DNA from: the human T2T-CHM13v2.0 reference genome, Homo sapiens
DNA length: 64,000 nt
Strand: one strand, 5' to 3'
Assembly: GCF_009914755.1 (NCBI RefSeq)
Contig: NC_060941.1
The position numbers and the translations under genes were made by a program. The notes under the pieces were generated by a model, which worked only from the letters and a program-made list of their open reading frames with translations, did no database searches and was not told where the DNA came from. The first letter of the stretch is position 1; each line of letters starts with the position of its first letter. Shown here piece after piece: positions 29,540 to 43,394 of this stretch.

Positions 29540-29750
29540 GAGTCATTGTGCATTTCCTAACTGCTTTATTTTTTCTCATTGTATTTTCCCAACAACTCTA
29601 TAAGGTAGACTCTATAACTTGCCCCATTTTATAGATGAGGAAACAGGCTTAGTGAAATTTTTTAAATGGTCCAGTTCATACCACTAGAAAGGGCAAAGCC
29701 TGGAGTTTTACATGTCTAGTCTGATCCCAGAGCCTGATTTCTTAACCATT
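29540..29750 (-). mobile_element. MIR
   Basis: CCCCATTTTATAGATGAGGAAACAGGCTTAG. Confidence 0.8.
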
Positions 29751-31912
29751 ATAGTAACTTGTTTTCTTATTGAATGACCACTATGCACCTGGCCCTAGGT
29801 AAAGAGAAATAAAATTTTATTTGTTTTCTATCATCAATGAGCTAACAAATTGGAGACGGGGAGACAGATGTATGAACAAAGTACCGTAAACATGAGAAGT
29901 GCTGAAGTAGAGTATGTGTGTGAACGAGGCTAATAGAGTGTGGGAAATGAGCAATCTTTTGGAGAAGAGGAGCAGGATGTACAAAGATATCAAAATGAGC
30001 GAGGAATAAAATGAAGCATGAGGTGGCTGGGGGGTTGAAAGGTAAACTACTGAATATCTCTGCCAATGGAAAACCTCTAGGAAGCCTTGTTATAAATGAA
30101 TAGGACAGGGTTTCAGCTGTTAAAAGCATCCCATCTACTAAGGAAGAGATGAAGTACACAAGTAGGCACACAAAAAATATTTTTTACCACTGGGAAAATA
30201 AACTGGTGTGAGAGTCTAGGAGAACAAATATTCATCCAGTTTAGGGAATTGCATAAAAATCTCTCAGGGAGGTTGCCCCAAAATTGGGCACAGAAGCAGC
30301 ATCTGGCCCATTACACACAAAAACACTGGGACCCCTAGTTTCCCTTTGAAATCCATGAACTGTTTTGTATTATGATCTATGGAAAATAAAGTGCTTGCCT
30401 TTATCATATTTGGTTTGAGGGGATCTGACATTTTGCCTTGTGAAATGTCCAAAGCTGAATGTGTTATGTTTCCTAAACTCTTTGCAAAGTGATCAGTGTT
30501 ATGTAAGTTGAGAATTTTGAATCTCTTACAACAACTTGAAAATTGTTCCTCATATTTGTTAAAAGAGCCCGTTCCTAGACATCATGTTTATTTCTCCAGT
30601 AGTGTCACTAGTTTTTTTAAAATTAAGAACTTAAAAACCTTCAGCCATGTTTTTGTAGACATTACACAATGTGTTTCTCGAGCACATGCAAAATAATGAC
30701 ACAGGGAACTCATTTAGCTTAGAGGGGAAAAACAGCAGGTCAATTTAAAAGTTAGTTAACAAATATTATGATTTGTTATTTAACAGTTGGCTTCATCTGG
30801 TATTTGAACATTTTCTCAAATGCAAGTGTGTGGGGGGTATTAAGATTTATTTGTGTAATATGCAAACAGCTTTGGTTGAAGTGTGACTGGCATATTTAAC
30901 CAAATCAAAAATGAGAAGACCATACATCCTGGAGATTTTTTGGGAAATATTTACAAACATACAAAAAATAGTGTTAATTTTCCAGAATTTTCTGAATATT
31001 TCTGCATGTAATTTTTTAAAATGAAGAACATTCAGAATAATTACTCAGATATTCTTTTTCTTGTGATTCAGCATGAGCCATATCATTGTTGTAATATTTC
31101 AGTATACTGTCTAACGCTGTTGAGGCTGAAATCTCACTGGGCCAGTGTTAACCTCTCTCTCCTCCCATTGTATTTTGGTCAGTTAATTTGTCTGTGGACA
31201 TATTTTTCCATGCATCTCATTTGTACCTTTCTCCTATCAAGTGTATGGATTTTCAGATTCTTATCTTTTAGAAGGATGAGCTGCTCAATCTGTGGTCTGT
31301 GATGGAAGGCAGGTAGGGTGAGTTCATGAGGTGAATTCAACACCTTCAGATTTCAGAATAAATTTTTATGCATCTGCAGAATTTAAGATTAGTAGAGCTT
31401 CTGGAAATAATGAAGGTACTCAGATATACTGAGATTGTTGTTGAATTCATCACTTTATAAACATTTCCATCCATGTGCATTTGTATATCTTTGTTAGAGA
31501 TATCTTTAATTCTCTATTTTGTGATTATGTGTAAAGACATTTAGTGATACATCTTATGGCACAGCATAGCAAATAATGAATGGGATAGGATCATTTCTTT
31601 AGAGACATTATCTTTACTCTTTGGGAACCATGGTGAACCAAGGGTTCCATTAGTGTCTTAGGAGGTACAGTCACAGCTTTCTTGATAGGAGGTCAATTGC
31701 AATTGAAGACAAATGATTAGAGCTGTTCTCTCTGAAGTAAACAGAAGACACTGATGTTGATATTATCCAATAACTGAAAAGAAAACTTGGAAAAGACTGA
31801 AGGAGTATGTCTTCATGGCCCTTCAGGGAAGAAGTTATCCTAACTAACTGGTAGAACCTCTGGTTGTGTGAGCGGGGCTATTGCTGTAGATTTCTTCCCA
31901 GTTCTTACTCAC

Positions 31913-32178
31913 CAGGCAGCTTGATCTTCATGTCATTTCTGGAGTAAATTTCTCTACTAAGAAGAGAATGTGTTGAATAGCCAACATGAATATCAGTCTG
32001 TTTGGCAGTCAGAGCCTCATAAATTACTCTGTTGGTTCTTTGACACAAATCAGTCTCATGTGAGTTTGAGTTGCATAAGCTGGTTTTTTTTTTTCTGTTG
32101 CTGTTGTGCCTAGTTACCACTGACAAAGCCGATCATTAAATATCATCTTAATACACATATAACCCCAAAGACAAAACT
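31913..32178 (-). other. Candidate non-coding exon (266 nt)
   Basis: Acceptor TGTTATTCTTCTTTACTCCAG| and donor CTG|GTGAGT in unique sequence. Confidence 0.35.
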
Positions 32179-32409
32179 CTGGAGTAAAGAAGAATAACAA
32201 ACATTTTTGCTAAATACCTACCCATCTACCCTACCCCGATTATAAAAGCAACATGTGCTTTTATACACAATTACAAAAGCCATTGAATAAACAATTGTAA
32301 CTTATTGTATAAACCATTGTAGACATTGCAAAACATTGTACACAGATTTATATGTCTTTCTGTCTACTCTTTTTAAAAGCATAAGTTACATGGTTAAAAT
32401 TGTAGGAAT

Positions 32410-32655
32410 ACAGCTTACCATTATTGAATGTTTATGGTATACTAGATACTGTTTAAGTACTTTATGTGCATTAAATCATTTTAATCCCCCGAACAATACA
32501 TGAGGTTGGTAGCATTATTATCCCATTTTGCAGGTGGGTATATTTAGGCATAGAGATTTTAAAATAACCTGCCTAGTGTGACAAAGTAGTAGTGAAGCTC
32601 TGATTTAAACTGAGATAGTCTAACTTTATAGTACAAGTTCTTAACCATCATTTTG
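32410..32655 (-). mobile_element. MIR
   Basis: ATTATTATCCCATTTTGCAGGTG...AACCTGCCTAGTGTGACA. Confidence 0.75.
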
Positions 32656-33599
32656 CTATTATATTTTATCTATAATCTGTGTCCTGCTATTTTCAGTTCA
32701 CACAAGTCAACACACTCTCTACATAATTCTAAAACTTTGAAAGCCTTCTTGACCATCAACCAATCTCCCATGACTACATGACCCTCAACTTGACTTTGCA
32801 CTGAGAAGACTCAAATTTGAATTTTCTCTAAGTAATAAAATACTTTCCTCCCTTTGGTAGCAAAGCTGGGTTCTTTAAGAATCACATGTAGAATCAGATA
32901 ACAAGACCTAAATGCTATTTTATATCTCCTTAATAATCCTAAATATAATATGTATTATGTTAGGTATTTGAAATTTTACCTGAGAAATAAAATCACAAAC
33001 ATTATCTAACATTATTGCCTTGATTGAGGATTAGCTCAGATTGTCCCAAGGCAAAAAAGACAAATGAAAGGGATCTAAAGAAAAGATCATGATACTGTGA
33101 CTTGTTCTTCTTCAAAAAGTGCTATTCAGAATACGAACTAATTGGCTACATACAATGTGCAAATAGTTCTGCTTGCTAATATATTTCTACCTACTGCAAT
33201 TTTAGTCACTTCTTTAGTTCAGTTCCCTGTCCAAAAGTGGCGGTCAAATGAATTTTGGGGTGAGGGCTTGGCTTTCTCTTTCAAGGGGTGATCCTAGGAG
33301 GTTTACCTTTGTGACTTTTGTATCCTTTTTCTCAAAGGCTATACTTCTTTGAGTACAAAAATTGAAAATGAACAAGAATGCAAAGTTTTTAACCAAGGTT
33401 ATTAATCTGGAAATGTGATGCTTTATAAAAAGTACTAACTTTTTATTTGTTTTCTTTGTTTTTTGTTTATGTGTTTGCTTTAACTTTTTTTTTAAACTGC
33501 CTATTTAATGAACACTTAGAAAGAAAGCGAGGATCTTTAGGGGCTGCTAAGGGTTTACTAACATCCAATCTTTTGAAACCTGACACATGTTTGCCCTTC

Positions 33600-33670
33600 C
33601 TCCTGTTTTCTTCCTTCCTGCCCTCCCTCTCCTTCCTTCCTTCCTTCCTTCCCATTTTCTTTTCTTTCAA
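33600..33670. repeat. (TTCC)n-rich simple repeat
   Basis: Direct reading. Confidence 0.85.
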
Positions 33671-33959
33671 GTAATACTATATTGATAGATTGAACAAATG
33701 CTTTAAATCTTATTTATACAAATATTTTAGTAAAGATCCTCATGGATATTTCTGTAGGCCAGGTAAAGTAATGTGCATGAAATAATTATATGGTGGGAAA
33801 AAACATGACCGTCTACATTGCCTCGTTCCAAGAAAAAGAGTAGGGAAGATAATCAGCCCAAAATAAGTTTTCTTAATGAACCACTTTCAGCTTTTTTTTA
33901 GCGGGGTGGGTGGGTGAGAAGACAGTCTCAATATCCTTAATAGCATTACAAACGGCTAT

Positions 33960-34660
33960 TAACTTACACAGTATCAGAAAGTTAATAGCATAGTAATAAT
34001 TTATAATAATTTAGTAATAATCCTGGAGGTTTTAGATAACTGTAAGGAACTTATGAATAGTATTTTAATATGGTAAATTTAAAAACAGCTAACACTAAAC
34101 AGCTTGGATGGAAGTTTACTAGTCTAGAAGTAGGCAGATAACAGAATATTTGTACCCCCTATCAGAAAGATCACATCTTTAATTTTGTGTTTAATTCTAA
34201 TGCTGCATTTTTAGAAATACATTGACTTTAAATTGAACCACATACAGAAAAGGGCTAGCAGGTGGTGATGACTGAACATTATTTATAGTTTAAAAAAATA
34301 GAGACAGATGATGGACAGTTGAAAAATTCAAAGGCTGAGGAATCTAATCATAATTATCTCAAACACTTAAAGCAATCTATGGAAAAAGAATTAGATTCAT
34401 CAATGTAACATTATAAAGAAGTAATACTAGGATTAATAACTAGAAGATATGAGGAGTCATGTTTTGTCTTAATGGAAGGAAAAACTAAGAAATGAAGCAT
34501 TCCCCCAAATAGAGTTTCTCACACACACACACACAAATCTGTAGTGTTTGTGTTCAAGAAGAAGCTGGGTCACTATCTGTCAGAAACATTTTTAAGTAAT
34601 CCTTAAGGAAAAAATGTTGAACTAGAGAGTCTCTGAAGTTGCCTCCAACACAAAACATTC
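33960..34660 (+). mobile_element. L3/CR1 3' fragment
   Basis: GTGTTCAAGAAGAAGCTGGGTCACTATCTGTCAG and GTTGAACTAGAGAGTCTCTGAAGTTGCCTCCAAC resemble the CR1 3' end. Confidence 0.55.
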
Positions 34661-34661
34661 C

Positions 34662-34961
34662 TTTTTTTTTTTTTTTTTTGAGACGGAATTTGACTCTGTC
34701 ACCCAGGCTGGAGTGCAATGGCACATTCTCGGCTCACTATAACCTCCGCCTCCCAGGTTCAAGCAATTCTCCTGCTTCAGCCTCCTGAGTAGCTGGGATT
34801 ACAGGTGCACACCACCATGCCTGACTAATTTTTGTATTTTTAGTGGAGACTGGCTTTCACCGTGTTGGCTAGGCCAGTCTTGAACTCCTGACCTCAAGTA
34901 ATCCACCCACCTTGGCCTCCCAAAGTGCCGGGATTACAGACATGAGCCACTGCACCCGGCC
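34662..34961 (-). mobile_element. AluS (Sx/Sz)
   Basis: CTCCTGACCTCAAGTAATCC; degraded TSD AAAACATTC/AAAATGTTC. Confidence 0.92.
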
Positions 34962-35104
34962 AAAATGTTCTTAATTCCATGAATCATAAAATTATTTCTT
35001 CTGGATTGTTAGATCTATTAAAATGTATGGTTCTTTTATTTTTCAAGTAAATTATTATATTGTATAATCTACCAATCGGACTAGCCTGACAGTAAATTAA
35101 ACAA

Positions 35105-36290
35105 GAATTGTATTGAAGAAGACACAAATAAATGAAAAGATATCCCATGTTCATGGATTGGAATAATTAATATTATTATAATGTTCATACTATCCAAAGT
35201 TATCTTTAATGTTGTTAAAATGTCCATACTGCCCAAAGCAATCTACAGATTCAATGCAATCCCTATCAAAATACCAGTGACATTCTTCACAGAAATAGAA
35301 AAAGAACAATCCTACAATTCATATGCAGCAACAAAAGACCCTGAATAGCCAAAGCAATCTTGAGCAAAAAGAGCAAAGCTGGAGGCATCATACCACCTGA
35401 GTTCAAAATATACTACAAAGCTATAATAATCAAAACAGTCTGATACCGACATAAAAAAACACACATAGACCAATGGAACAGAATAGAGAGCCCTAAAATA
35501 AATGTACACATTTATGCTCAATTGATTTTTGACAAAGGTGCCAAGAACACACAATGAGGAAACAGCAGTCTCTTCAATAAACAGTGCTGGAAAAACTGTA
35601 TATCCTCATGCAGAATAATGAACTTGATCCCTAACATCATAAATCTCACTACTAAATATATATCCAAAGAAAATGAAATTCATATTTTGAAGAGATATCA
35701 GCACGCCCATGTTCATTGCAGCATTATTCACAATAGCCAAGATATGGAATCAGCCTAAGTGTACAACAGTGGATGAAGAGATAAAGAAAATGTGACACAT
35801 ATACACAATGAAATAGTGTGAAGCCCTATAAAAGAAGGAAATTCTGTCATTTGTGACTGTATTGGTGAATCTGGAGGACGTTGTGTTAAATGAAATAAGC
35901 CAGGCACAGAAAGACAAACACCACATGATTTCATTTATATTTGAAATCTGAAAGTGTTAAACTCATAGAGTTAGAGAAAAGAATGGTGGTTATTATCAGT
36001 GGTTGGGGTCGGGGGTTGGAAAGATGTTGGCCAAATGATACAAAATTTCAGTTAGAAGGAATAAGTTCAAGAAATCTATTGTACAACATGGTGACTATAG
36101 TTAATAATATTGTATTGTATTTTGAAAATGGCTGAGTAGATTTTTAATGTTCTTACTACAAAAAATATGTGAGATGATACATATGTTAATTAGCTTAGTT
36201 GAGCCATTCAACAATGTATGCGTATTTCAGAACATCATGTTGTACCCAATAAATATATACAAGTTTTTTCAATTAGAAAATTTAAATTAC
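35105..36290 (+). mobile_element. L1MA (MA4/5-like) ORF2 3' part and 3' UTR, with an internal deletion near 35635
   Basis: CCCATGTTCATGGATTGG, CAAAGCTGGAGGCATCA and GACCAATGGAACAGAATAGAG; 3' UTR GGAATAAGTTCAAGAAATCTATTGTACAACATGGTGAC. Confidence 0.88.
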
Positions 36291-36681
36291 ACTTTAAGGA
36301 AATACGGATGGTATATTCTTGCCAGAACAAGTAACTTTTAAGAAAATTTAGCCTTCATTTTCTGATGTGCAAGATCTAAATGACTAGATTTCTTTGAATG
36401 ATATTGATTGGTTCAAATATAATATTGAATATTATTTTTATTTCCATTTTGGTTTCAGTTATATTTTTTAACCTGGAGTGCTCAATTTGTAAATTCTGCA
36501 TTCCTCCTGGTGCCTACTTATTAACAGACATTGTTAACTGCATTACATCCGTTTTTCTATTAAGTGTTTTTTCAGTTGTGTCTGTGTGTTTGCAAACATC
36601 TAGATTAAAAAAATAGATGTTTCTAAGTGTCTCAAAATGTTAAATAAGGTGACTTTTAAGTTTTTCATTCTGATGTTACAG

Positions 36682-36713
36682 TTCTTGGAACAAAGCTCAA
36701 AAGCTATATTCAG
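36682..36713 (+). other. Candidate micro-exon (32 nt)
   Basis: TTTTTCATTCTGATGTTACAG| ... CAG|GTAAGA. Confidence 0.3.
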
Positions 36714-37306
36714 GTAAGATATGAGTATACATATACACGATTTAACAGTAACATTTATTTGAATTAGTAGTCACTTATGGCAGCTATTAACTTTCTATGT
36801 GACTAGTAGAAAAGTAAGATCTGATTTTTTATCAAGGTAGTTTATTATTATAGAAAAAATTATTCACATTTCATATAAGCACTAGGATTTCTACTATACA
36901 CAATATTTGTATTCCTGAAAAATTAAAAAAAAACTTTTTTGTGCAAAATTATATGGTAAAAATAACAAGACTCTTGGGGGAAATAGAGCTGGGGAGACCA
37001 CACACAACTTATGCAATTTTATAACCAGAACACTCACAAAAATGAATATTGGTACCTTGGACACTGGCAGGCAGCAACTCAGCATGCCTGGAGCTGCTTC
37101 ACAGAATATTAAAAATGCACAGAGTAAGTAAAATGGAAACACAGGCAGTGAGGCAACGCAAATGGAAGAGGAGCTCTGATCAGCTGGGCTGCTTAAAGGT
37201 GAGAACAGGAGGAAATGCAACTGCCAAGGTCAGTGTGTGTGTTTTTCTGGAAGGAGGCCCTGAATGAAGCGTTCATTTTTAATTTTTTTAAAAATGGAGC
37301 TTTCTG

Positions 37307-37575
37307 TTGGGAGGCCAAGGAGGGTGGATCACGAGGTCAGGAGATCGAGACCATCCAGGCCAACATGGTGAAACCCCGTCTCTACTAAAAATACAACAAA
37401 TTAGCCAGGCGTGGTGGTGGGCACCTGTAGTCCCAGCTACTCAGGAGGCTGAGGCAGGAGAATGGCATGAACACGGGAGGCGGAGCTTGCAGCAGTGAGG
37501 TGAGATCGCACCACTGTACTCCAGCCTGGGTGACAGAGCGAGACTCCGTCTCAAAAAAAAGAAAATAATAATAAT
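37307..37575 (+). mobile_element. 5'-truncated Alu (Sc-type left arm, Y-type right arm)
   Basis: Starts at TTGGGAGGCC; TSD AAT(G/A)GAGCTTTCTG (37293-37306 and 37576-37589). Confidence 0.92.
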
Positions 37576-37762
37576 AATAGAGCTTTCTGAAAGTGTTTCT
37601 ACTTCTTCTATAGATGAGCTGAGGGAATTTTTTCCTTTCTGCTAAAGTTTATGATTCTCATTTCACTATTTCTTTCTCCTATTGCCTAACAAAACTGCAT
37701 CTGAATCAGTACAACCTCCACATGGTGAGCTAATTGATGTTATAGAAACTTGTGTTTCGACA

Positions 37763-37900
37763 CAGTGTTTCTGAAGCTTTTGCATATACAAGAATTGCCT
37801 GAAAGGCTTTTAAAGAACAGATTTCCAGGTCCCATTTCTGACAAACTTCCAGACGAGGCAGATACCACTGGTGGCACAGGTCACCTTTTAAGTGGCGAGG
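37763..37900. mobile_element. MER5A-type MITE
   Basis: CAGTGTTTCTGAAGCTTT...GAATTGCCTG...CAGATTTCCAGGTCCCA. Confidence 0.6.
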
Positions 37901-38799
37901 CTGTTACAGTGCAGATGTGTAATATTCTCTCTTCCTTCGCTGGTGAATTTCAACATTGATGGAAATTGTATTGGATACTGGATCCATACTTTCAGAAAAT
38001 GAAGTGAGAACATCTCACCAATACATTTTTGGTGAAGTTTTTACTGCTTCCATATGATTCAGCCTTCCACGCAGTTCAGAAGAGTGACAGACACTGATTC
38101 ACAATGATGCAGAATTATCAACATTACTTCAATCGGGTTATCCTTTGTAAATTTAATTAATTATTAGGTATATGAGAAAACAACAATTTGAAGAAATAGG
38201 CATACGTACTGGGATATTCCTACTACCTACTACCAAATCAAACATTTTCTACATAGACACCAAAGCTTTCAGGGAAACGTACCTGGTTTTAGAAAGCCCA
38301 ACTTAGTTTGGGTGCCAAATATGTTTGCTTGCCTGGTTTTATTTTCCTAGAATTGTGAAAGAATTACTTCTGATAGAAAAAAGTTTTCATTATGATTTTC
38401 AGAGACAGACTTTAAAGAATAGCTCATACTGTTTCTGTTACATCCATTTTATCTTACAAAAACTGCTGCATGTACCAGATGATTTTGTCTGTCTGGGTTT
38501 CCATTGTCTAGTTTGGAAATGAAGAGGTTGGGTGGATGATTGCTCAAATCTATTTCAATTACAATATCTATGGGTCTGAAATCTGTAAGATGGCTTAGCA
38601 TGTATCATTCAACAACACAGGCCAATGGCTTTTATTTCTCAAACAATTTTCTGGAAAAATTAAATGAATAACTTTTTTCATCTTCTCAGGCTCTCTCTCC
38701 TTTCCATGCACTATCAATGCTACTGAAGAAAAGGATGTTTTTAATGGTTATGAAGGATTTTTAAAAGAGTAAATAATAAGGATTTGTAATACTCAGTGC

Positions 38800-40080
38800 A
38801 TTATCCTTAAGAAATGTAATATCTAATTAAAAAGACAAGAAATATAGAAGATTTAAGGTTAATACACAACAGCAGGGGGCTATGTTTCAAACTGAGTAGT
38901 AGAGACAAATAGCAAATAGAAGAGTGGCCTCTGGAGTACAATAGGCACCTCTTCAATACAGAACACATTCATTCATTCATCCAATAATTGTTTATTGATT
39001 TACTATTTGGTGGCAGGCACTCTGCTAGATGTTAAAATACAATGTTGAGGGGCTGGCAGTGAGCCTATGGAAGAGACAGAGAAAGAGTATGTGACTACAT
39101 GGATAGAAAGAAAACCAAGAGTGTGTGATGTAGCAGTGGAGGGAAGACAGCTATTAGAAAAGGAAGGAAACGTTAACAATGTCAAAATGCTCATCAGAGA
39201 TCAAGTAAGATAAAAACTGATAAACATGCATTAGGTATTGTGACATGGATGTTACCAGCAAACTTATCAAAAGTTGTCTCCATAAAGTGATAAGAATTGG
39301 AGCCAGACAGGAATTTGCTTCAGAGGAGTGTTAGAGGAAGAAATGGTGTTGGTGATTATACATATCTCTTTTGAGTAAGCTGGCCATAAATGACGGAAGA
39401 GAAAGAACAGTAGTTCAAGGGAGATGTGTAGTTATAGGCATTGAGCATGTCTTCTTTCCATGGGAAGAATCCAGCTGAGATGAAGATCTTGATTACATAA
39501 GAGAAAAAGATAATAGATGGTCTAGTATAGTGCTTTGAAACTTTCTTACGCATGTGAATCAGCTGAGGATCTTGTTTAAAATTTCTATCCTGATTTAGTA
39601 GATCTGAGATAAGACCCAAGATTCTTCATTTCTGTTGAGTTCCTAGGTGATACCGATGTTGTTGGTCTTTAGGTGACATTTCCAGTACCAAGAGTGTAGT
39701 AGAATTGCTGAGCAAGGTTATGGGTCCATTTAAATTGGGTGACCATATATTTTTAATGGATTATATTTGCCCTATCATGCAGTATTTTTCCTAGCATCTC
39801 TTGGTTGCTTGGCAGTAGGCAAAAATAAAACAGAAAGTAGGAGTTGAAGCTGTATATAGAAGGAACTGAATAAAGGGATGGATGGATTTGGAAATGCAGG
39901 TGGTCCAGGGTACTGGAGGTCCTGATGAAGTTGAAAAGCTGTCATAGTGGAAGTGACTGTAAAGCAAGTTGGGAGAAAAGGAACCCATGAATGAGGATTT
40001 TGAAAGTGAAAGAATTTGAGATGATGACAAGATCCAAGATGCAGCCCTGAAAGTATATGTCTGAAATAGCAGGGAATGGC
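38800..40080 (-). mobile_element. L2 fragments
   Basis: CATTCATTCATTCATCCAA...GGCACTCTGCTAG tail and purine-rich L2-like body. Confidence 0.55.
39528..39692. mobile_element. MER5A
   Basis: GAATCAGCTGAGGATCTTGTTTAAAA...GATTTAGTAGATCTG...TTCCTAGGTGATACCGATG. Confidence 0.75.
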
Positions 40081-40308
40081 AAGAGCCTTATTGTCATTTA
40101 ACACCCAAGAAGGAAGAGGGCTTATGAGGATGGGTCAATTCCAGGGCACTCATGGTCAAATGCTGGGTGGTGGAAATTATAATGAGAAAAGAAGTTTAAG
40201 CTCTAAGGTCATGTGGGTACTGACCTGTTGATCTCCTTGGAATTTCTCTTAGAATTAACTTTTTTATGTAACAAGTATTTATTGAGCACCTACTATAAGC
40301 TAGGCACT

Positions 40309-40755
40309 TGTCTTAGTCTGTTTTATGTTGCTATAAGAGAATACCCGAGGCTAAGTAATCTATAAAGAAAGGAGGTTTATTTAGCTTATGAATCTGCAGG
40401 CTGCAATAGTTCAAGAGCATAGCACCACATCTGGCCAGCTTCTGGGGAAGGGCACATGTTGGGTCAAAACACGATGTGGAAGCAGGAAAGTGGGCAGGTG
40501 TGCAAAGAGATCACTGATAGAGGAAGCAAAAGTTCTGGAAGCTGAACTCACTTTTATAACAACTCTCTCTCCATTAAGTAATCCAGATGCATGAGAGTGA
40601 GAACTCACTTGCTCCCATAGGAGGATATTAATTTATTCATGAGTGATCCACCCTAATGACCCGAACACCTCCAATTAGGCCCTATCTCCCAACACCTCCA
40701 CACTGGGGATCAAATTTCAACATGAATTTTGGAGGGGAAAACTCAAACCATAGCA
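40309..40755 (-). mobile_element. MST (MSTB/C-type) MaLR solo LTR inserted in an L2 tail
   Basis: TGTCTTAGTCTG...CAAACCATAGCA; 5-bp TSD GCACT/ACACT; L2 tail on both sides. Confidence 0.88.
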
Positions 40756-40868
40756 ACACTGTTCTAGATACTGTAGGTACCCTACTGAACAAAACAAACA
40801 GTGCTTGCATTCTGGTGGATTCATGCCTCCAAAGTCCTGATTTCTGTGTGGATGGTGTTTTAAAAAGA

Positions 40869-41168
40869 GGCCGGGTGTGGTGGCTCATGCTTGTAATCCC
40901 AGCACTTTGAGAGGCCGAGGCGGGTGGATCACAAGGTCAGGAGTTCGAGACCAGCCTGACCAACATGGTGAAACTCCGTCTCTGCTGAAAATACAAAAAA
41001 TTAGCCAGGTGTTGTGGCGGGCACCTATAATCCCAGCTACTCAGGAGGCTGAGGCAGAAGAATTGCTTGAACCCAGGAGGCGGAGGTTGCAGTGAGCCGA
41101 GATGGCATCACTGCACTCCAGCCAGGGCGACAGAGCGAGACTCTGCCTCAAAAAAAAAAAAAAAAAAA
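40869..41168 (+). mobile_element. AluSg-like
   Basis: GGATCACAAGGTCAGGAGTTCGAGACCAGCC. Confidence 0.92.
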
Positions 41169-42742
41169 GAATCGCAAACTTGCTGTCCCCAGTGCTCCTC
41201 ACCAAATTGAAACAATATACCTGGGATGAGAAGATAACTTTCATCATTGAATTTTTCTTGTTATGAAACTTTGAGTTTAACTTTATTCATCACTGGAGCA
41301 AAGAAAATTAGTTCGTGGGAAAAAGAGCAAAGAAAGTCACTTGACCAGCTTTGAAGAAGGCTTCTTTTGTTGATGCAGTCCAAAACCAAAGGAACCCTTT
41401 TATCTGATATTACTGAGAGTTACCTGAAGATGTGGGATGGGGACTTGTATACAATGTTAGGCTTGAAAATAACAAAAGGTAGCAACTCAAGATCAGAGAT
41501 TACATGATTTTTGAGAATGTAGGACTAAGAGCATTGCCTATCAATGGATGGGTAACATAAAAGAAGAAAAGTCAACAATTGTATCACTATTGACTTTGTC
41601 TACCTGTTATTAAGCTTTTCTTACTCTAAGTGAATATCATAAGACAAAGTAATAATATAAATGAATTCATCATAAATATTTTGACTTAATTTTCAGCAGT
41701 ATATGCTGCATAGAAAAATCATGTATATGGTGTCTCATAACCTGGGTTTGCTCCCTTATTGTACCATTGCTCAATTATGTTCTCTATTGCTTCTACCTGT
41801 AGAATGATTTCTATTCTGACTTTGTTTGCATTTCCCTAAAATCTCCCCCTGACATGTTATTAGTAAAAGCTGTTCACCTCACTGGACAGGGCCACAGATC
41901 AGTTACATAAAACAAAGGAAAAATTTCTCTTTTCTTTTGATAAATGCATATTAGGTTTTGGCATTAATTCTGGGCCCCAAAACGTAATGAAAAGCCCAGC
42001 CATTTCGTTTGAGTTTTGATGAATAGAAGACATGCTCTTTACCTTTGAAATCTGACTACAGAATCATACTACACTCCAAAACATTCATATTCCTCCAAAA
42101 TTTCTCGGAAATTTTTGCACAAAGCCTCCTCCTTTCTTTCCTGGATCGTTTCTGAGACTTTGATCCTTTGCTATTTGGTTTGTCCTTATCAGTGAGAGCA
42201 TTGGTACTAACGTGAATGGTGAAAATGAGATCAGCACCGTACAGGTAGAATTGAAATATTATGATAAATTATGAGATAGAGGAAGCCAGTTTAGGAAAAC
42301 AGATTTTCCAAGCTTATAACTCACTCCAGCCTTATGAGATAAGAAATTTAGGAGTGTTCCTCAACCTTCTTTTGAATTTGTGTAAGCTGATGATAAACCA
42401 CAATATTTCTGTTGCAAGGGAAAAGGACCACAAAACATCTTTGGCCACCAAAGAGCTCAGCTCTTACAAAATATTTTGATGAGCTAAGTGTAAATGAATC
42501 AGAAAACATACGGGTTGAATTTCCACCATTATACTCATGGGAAGATAGGAGGCCCTTTTGTCTTTTTCTTTTTCTTTTTAAATGAGAACAAGAATGCAGT
42601 TGACAAACATGGTTTAGGTTTTCTGAATCAAATATTTTGAAACCAGTTCAAGAGATTTTTTTGAATCTGAATGAACAAAAGGTTGTTTGCCCATTTCTCA
42701 TTTTATCATTTGTTTTGGTTTTCTTGGCCTTTATTTGTCCAG

Positions 42743-42789
42743 GTGCCCAAAGGAGAGAGAGAATAAACTTGAACATTCTGACTTTGAAG
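42743..42789 (+). other. Candidate exon (47 nt)
   Basis: Long pyrimidine tract TTTTCTTGGCCTTTATTTGTCCAG| and donor AAG|GTAAGC. Confidence 0.35.
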
Positions 42790-42800
42790 GTAAGCATCTA

Positions 42801-42841
42801 TTAATGGCAAAAACCTCCATTACTTTTGCACCAACCTAATA
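42801..42841. mobile_element. Half MADE1 / solo Hsmar1 TIR
   Basis: AATGGCAAAAACCTCCATTACTTTTGCACCAACCTAA-TA matches one arm of MADE1. Confidence 0.85.
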
Positions 42842-43394
42842 TTTTTGGAACTTCCTTAATAAAATTCAGCTGTTGCAGAGGTAGCTATATATTTATCTCA
42901 AGAGGAAAATTTTTTCACTGAAAATACCATCAGCATTTCCATTTTAATGACATTAGATGGCCAGATAGGTTTGACAGAAAATTGCCTTTAGGGCTGTCTT
43001 TGGGCCAAAGTTTGGCTTTTTAAAAATTGCTAATCATCTTTCACTTTTAGCCTTTCTTCATTGTTCAATGCGCTACCCTACCAGATGGCCAATGCCCTGA
43101 GCTTTTACACTTTCTTCTAACTTCCCAACAATTTTCCAGTGGAACATCCCATGGATATGGCTAGGCCCTCATTATCAAAGCTTATTTTTTTTTAGTACTA
43201 ATTCCATATCATCCAAATAGTATATGTTAATTTTGTTTTTAAAATTTCTCTGAACTGTGTTCAAGTCTTTTATAGCTGGGGTACTCCTAATTAAATTTAT
43301 ATGTTATCAACATGTATATGCCGATAAAACATACAAATTATTACAGCAGATGTGGGGTTTCCAAAGGTCTGGCCAGTCACCATGTTCTTCTACA

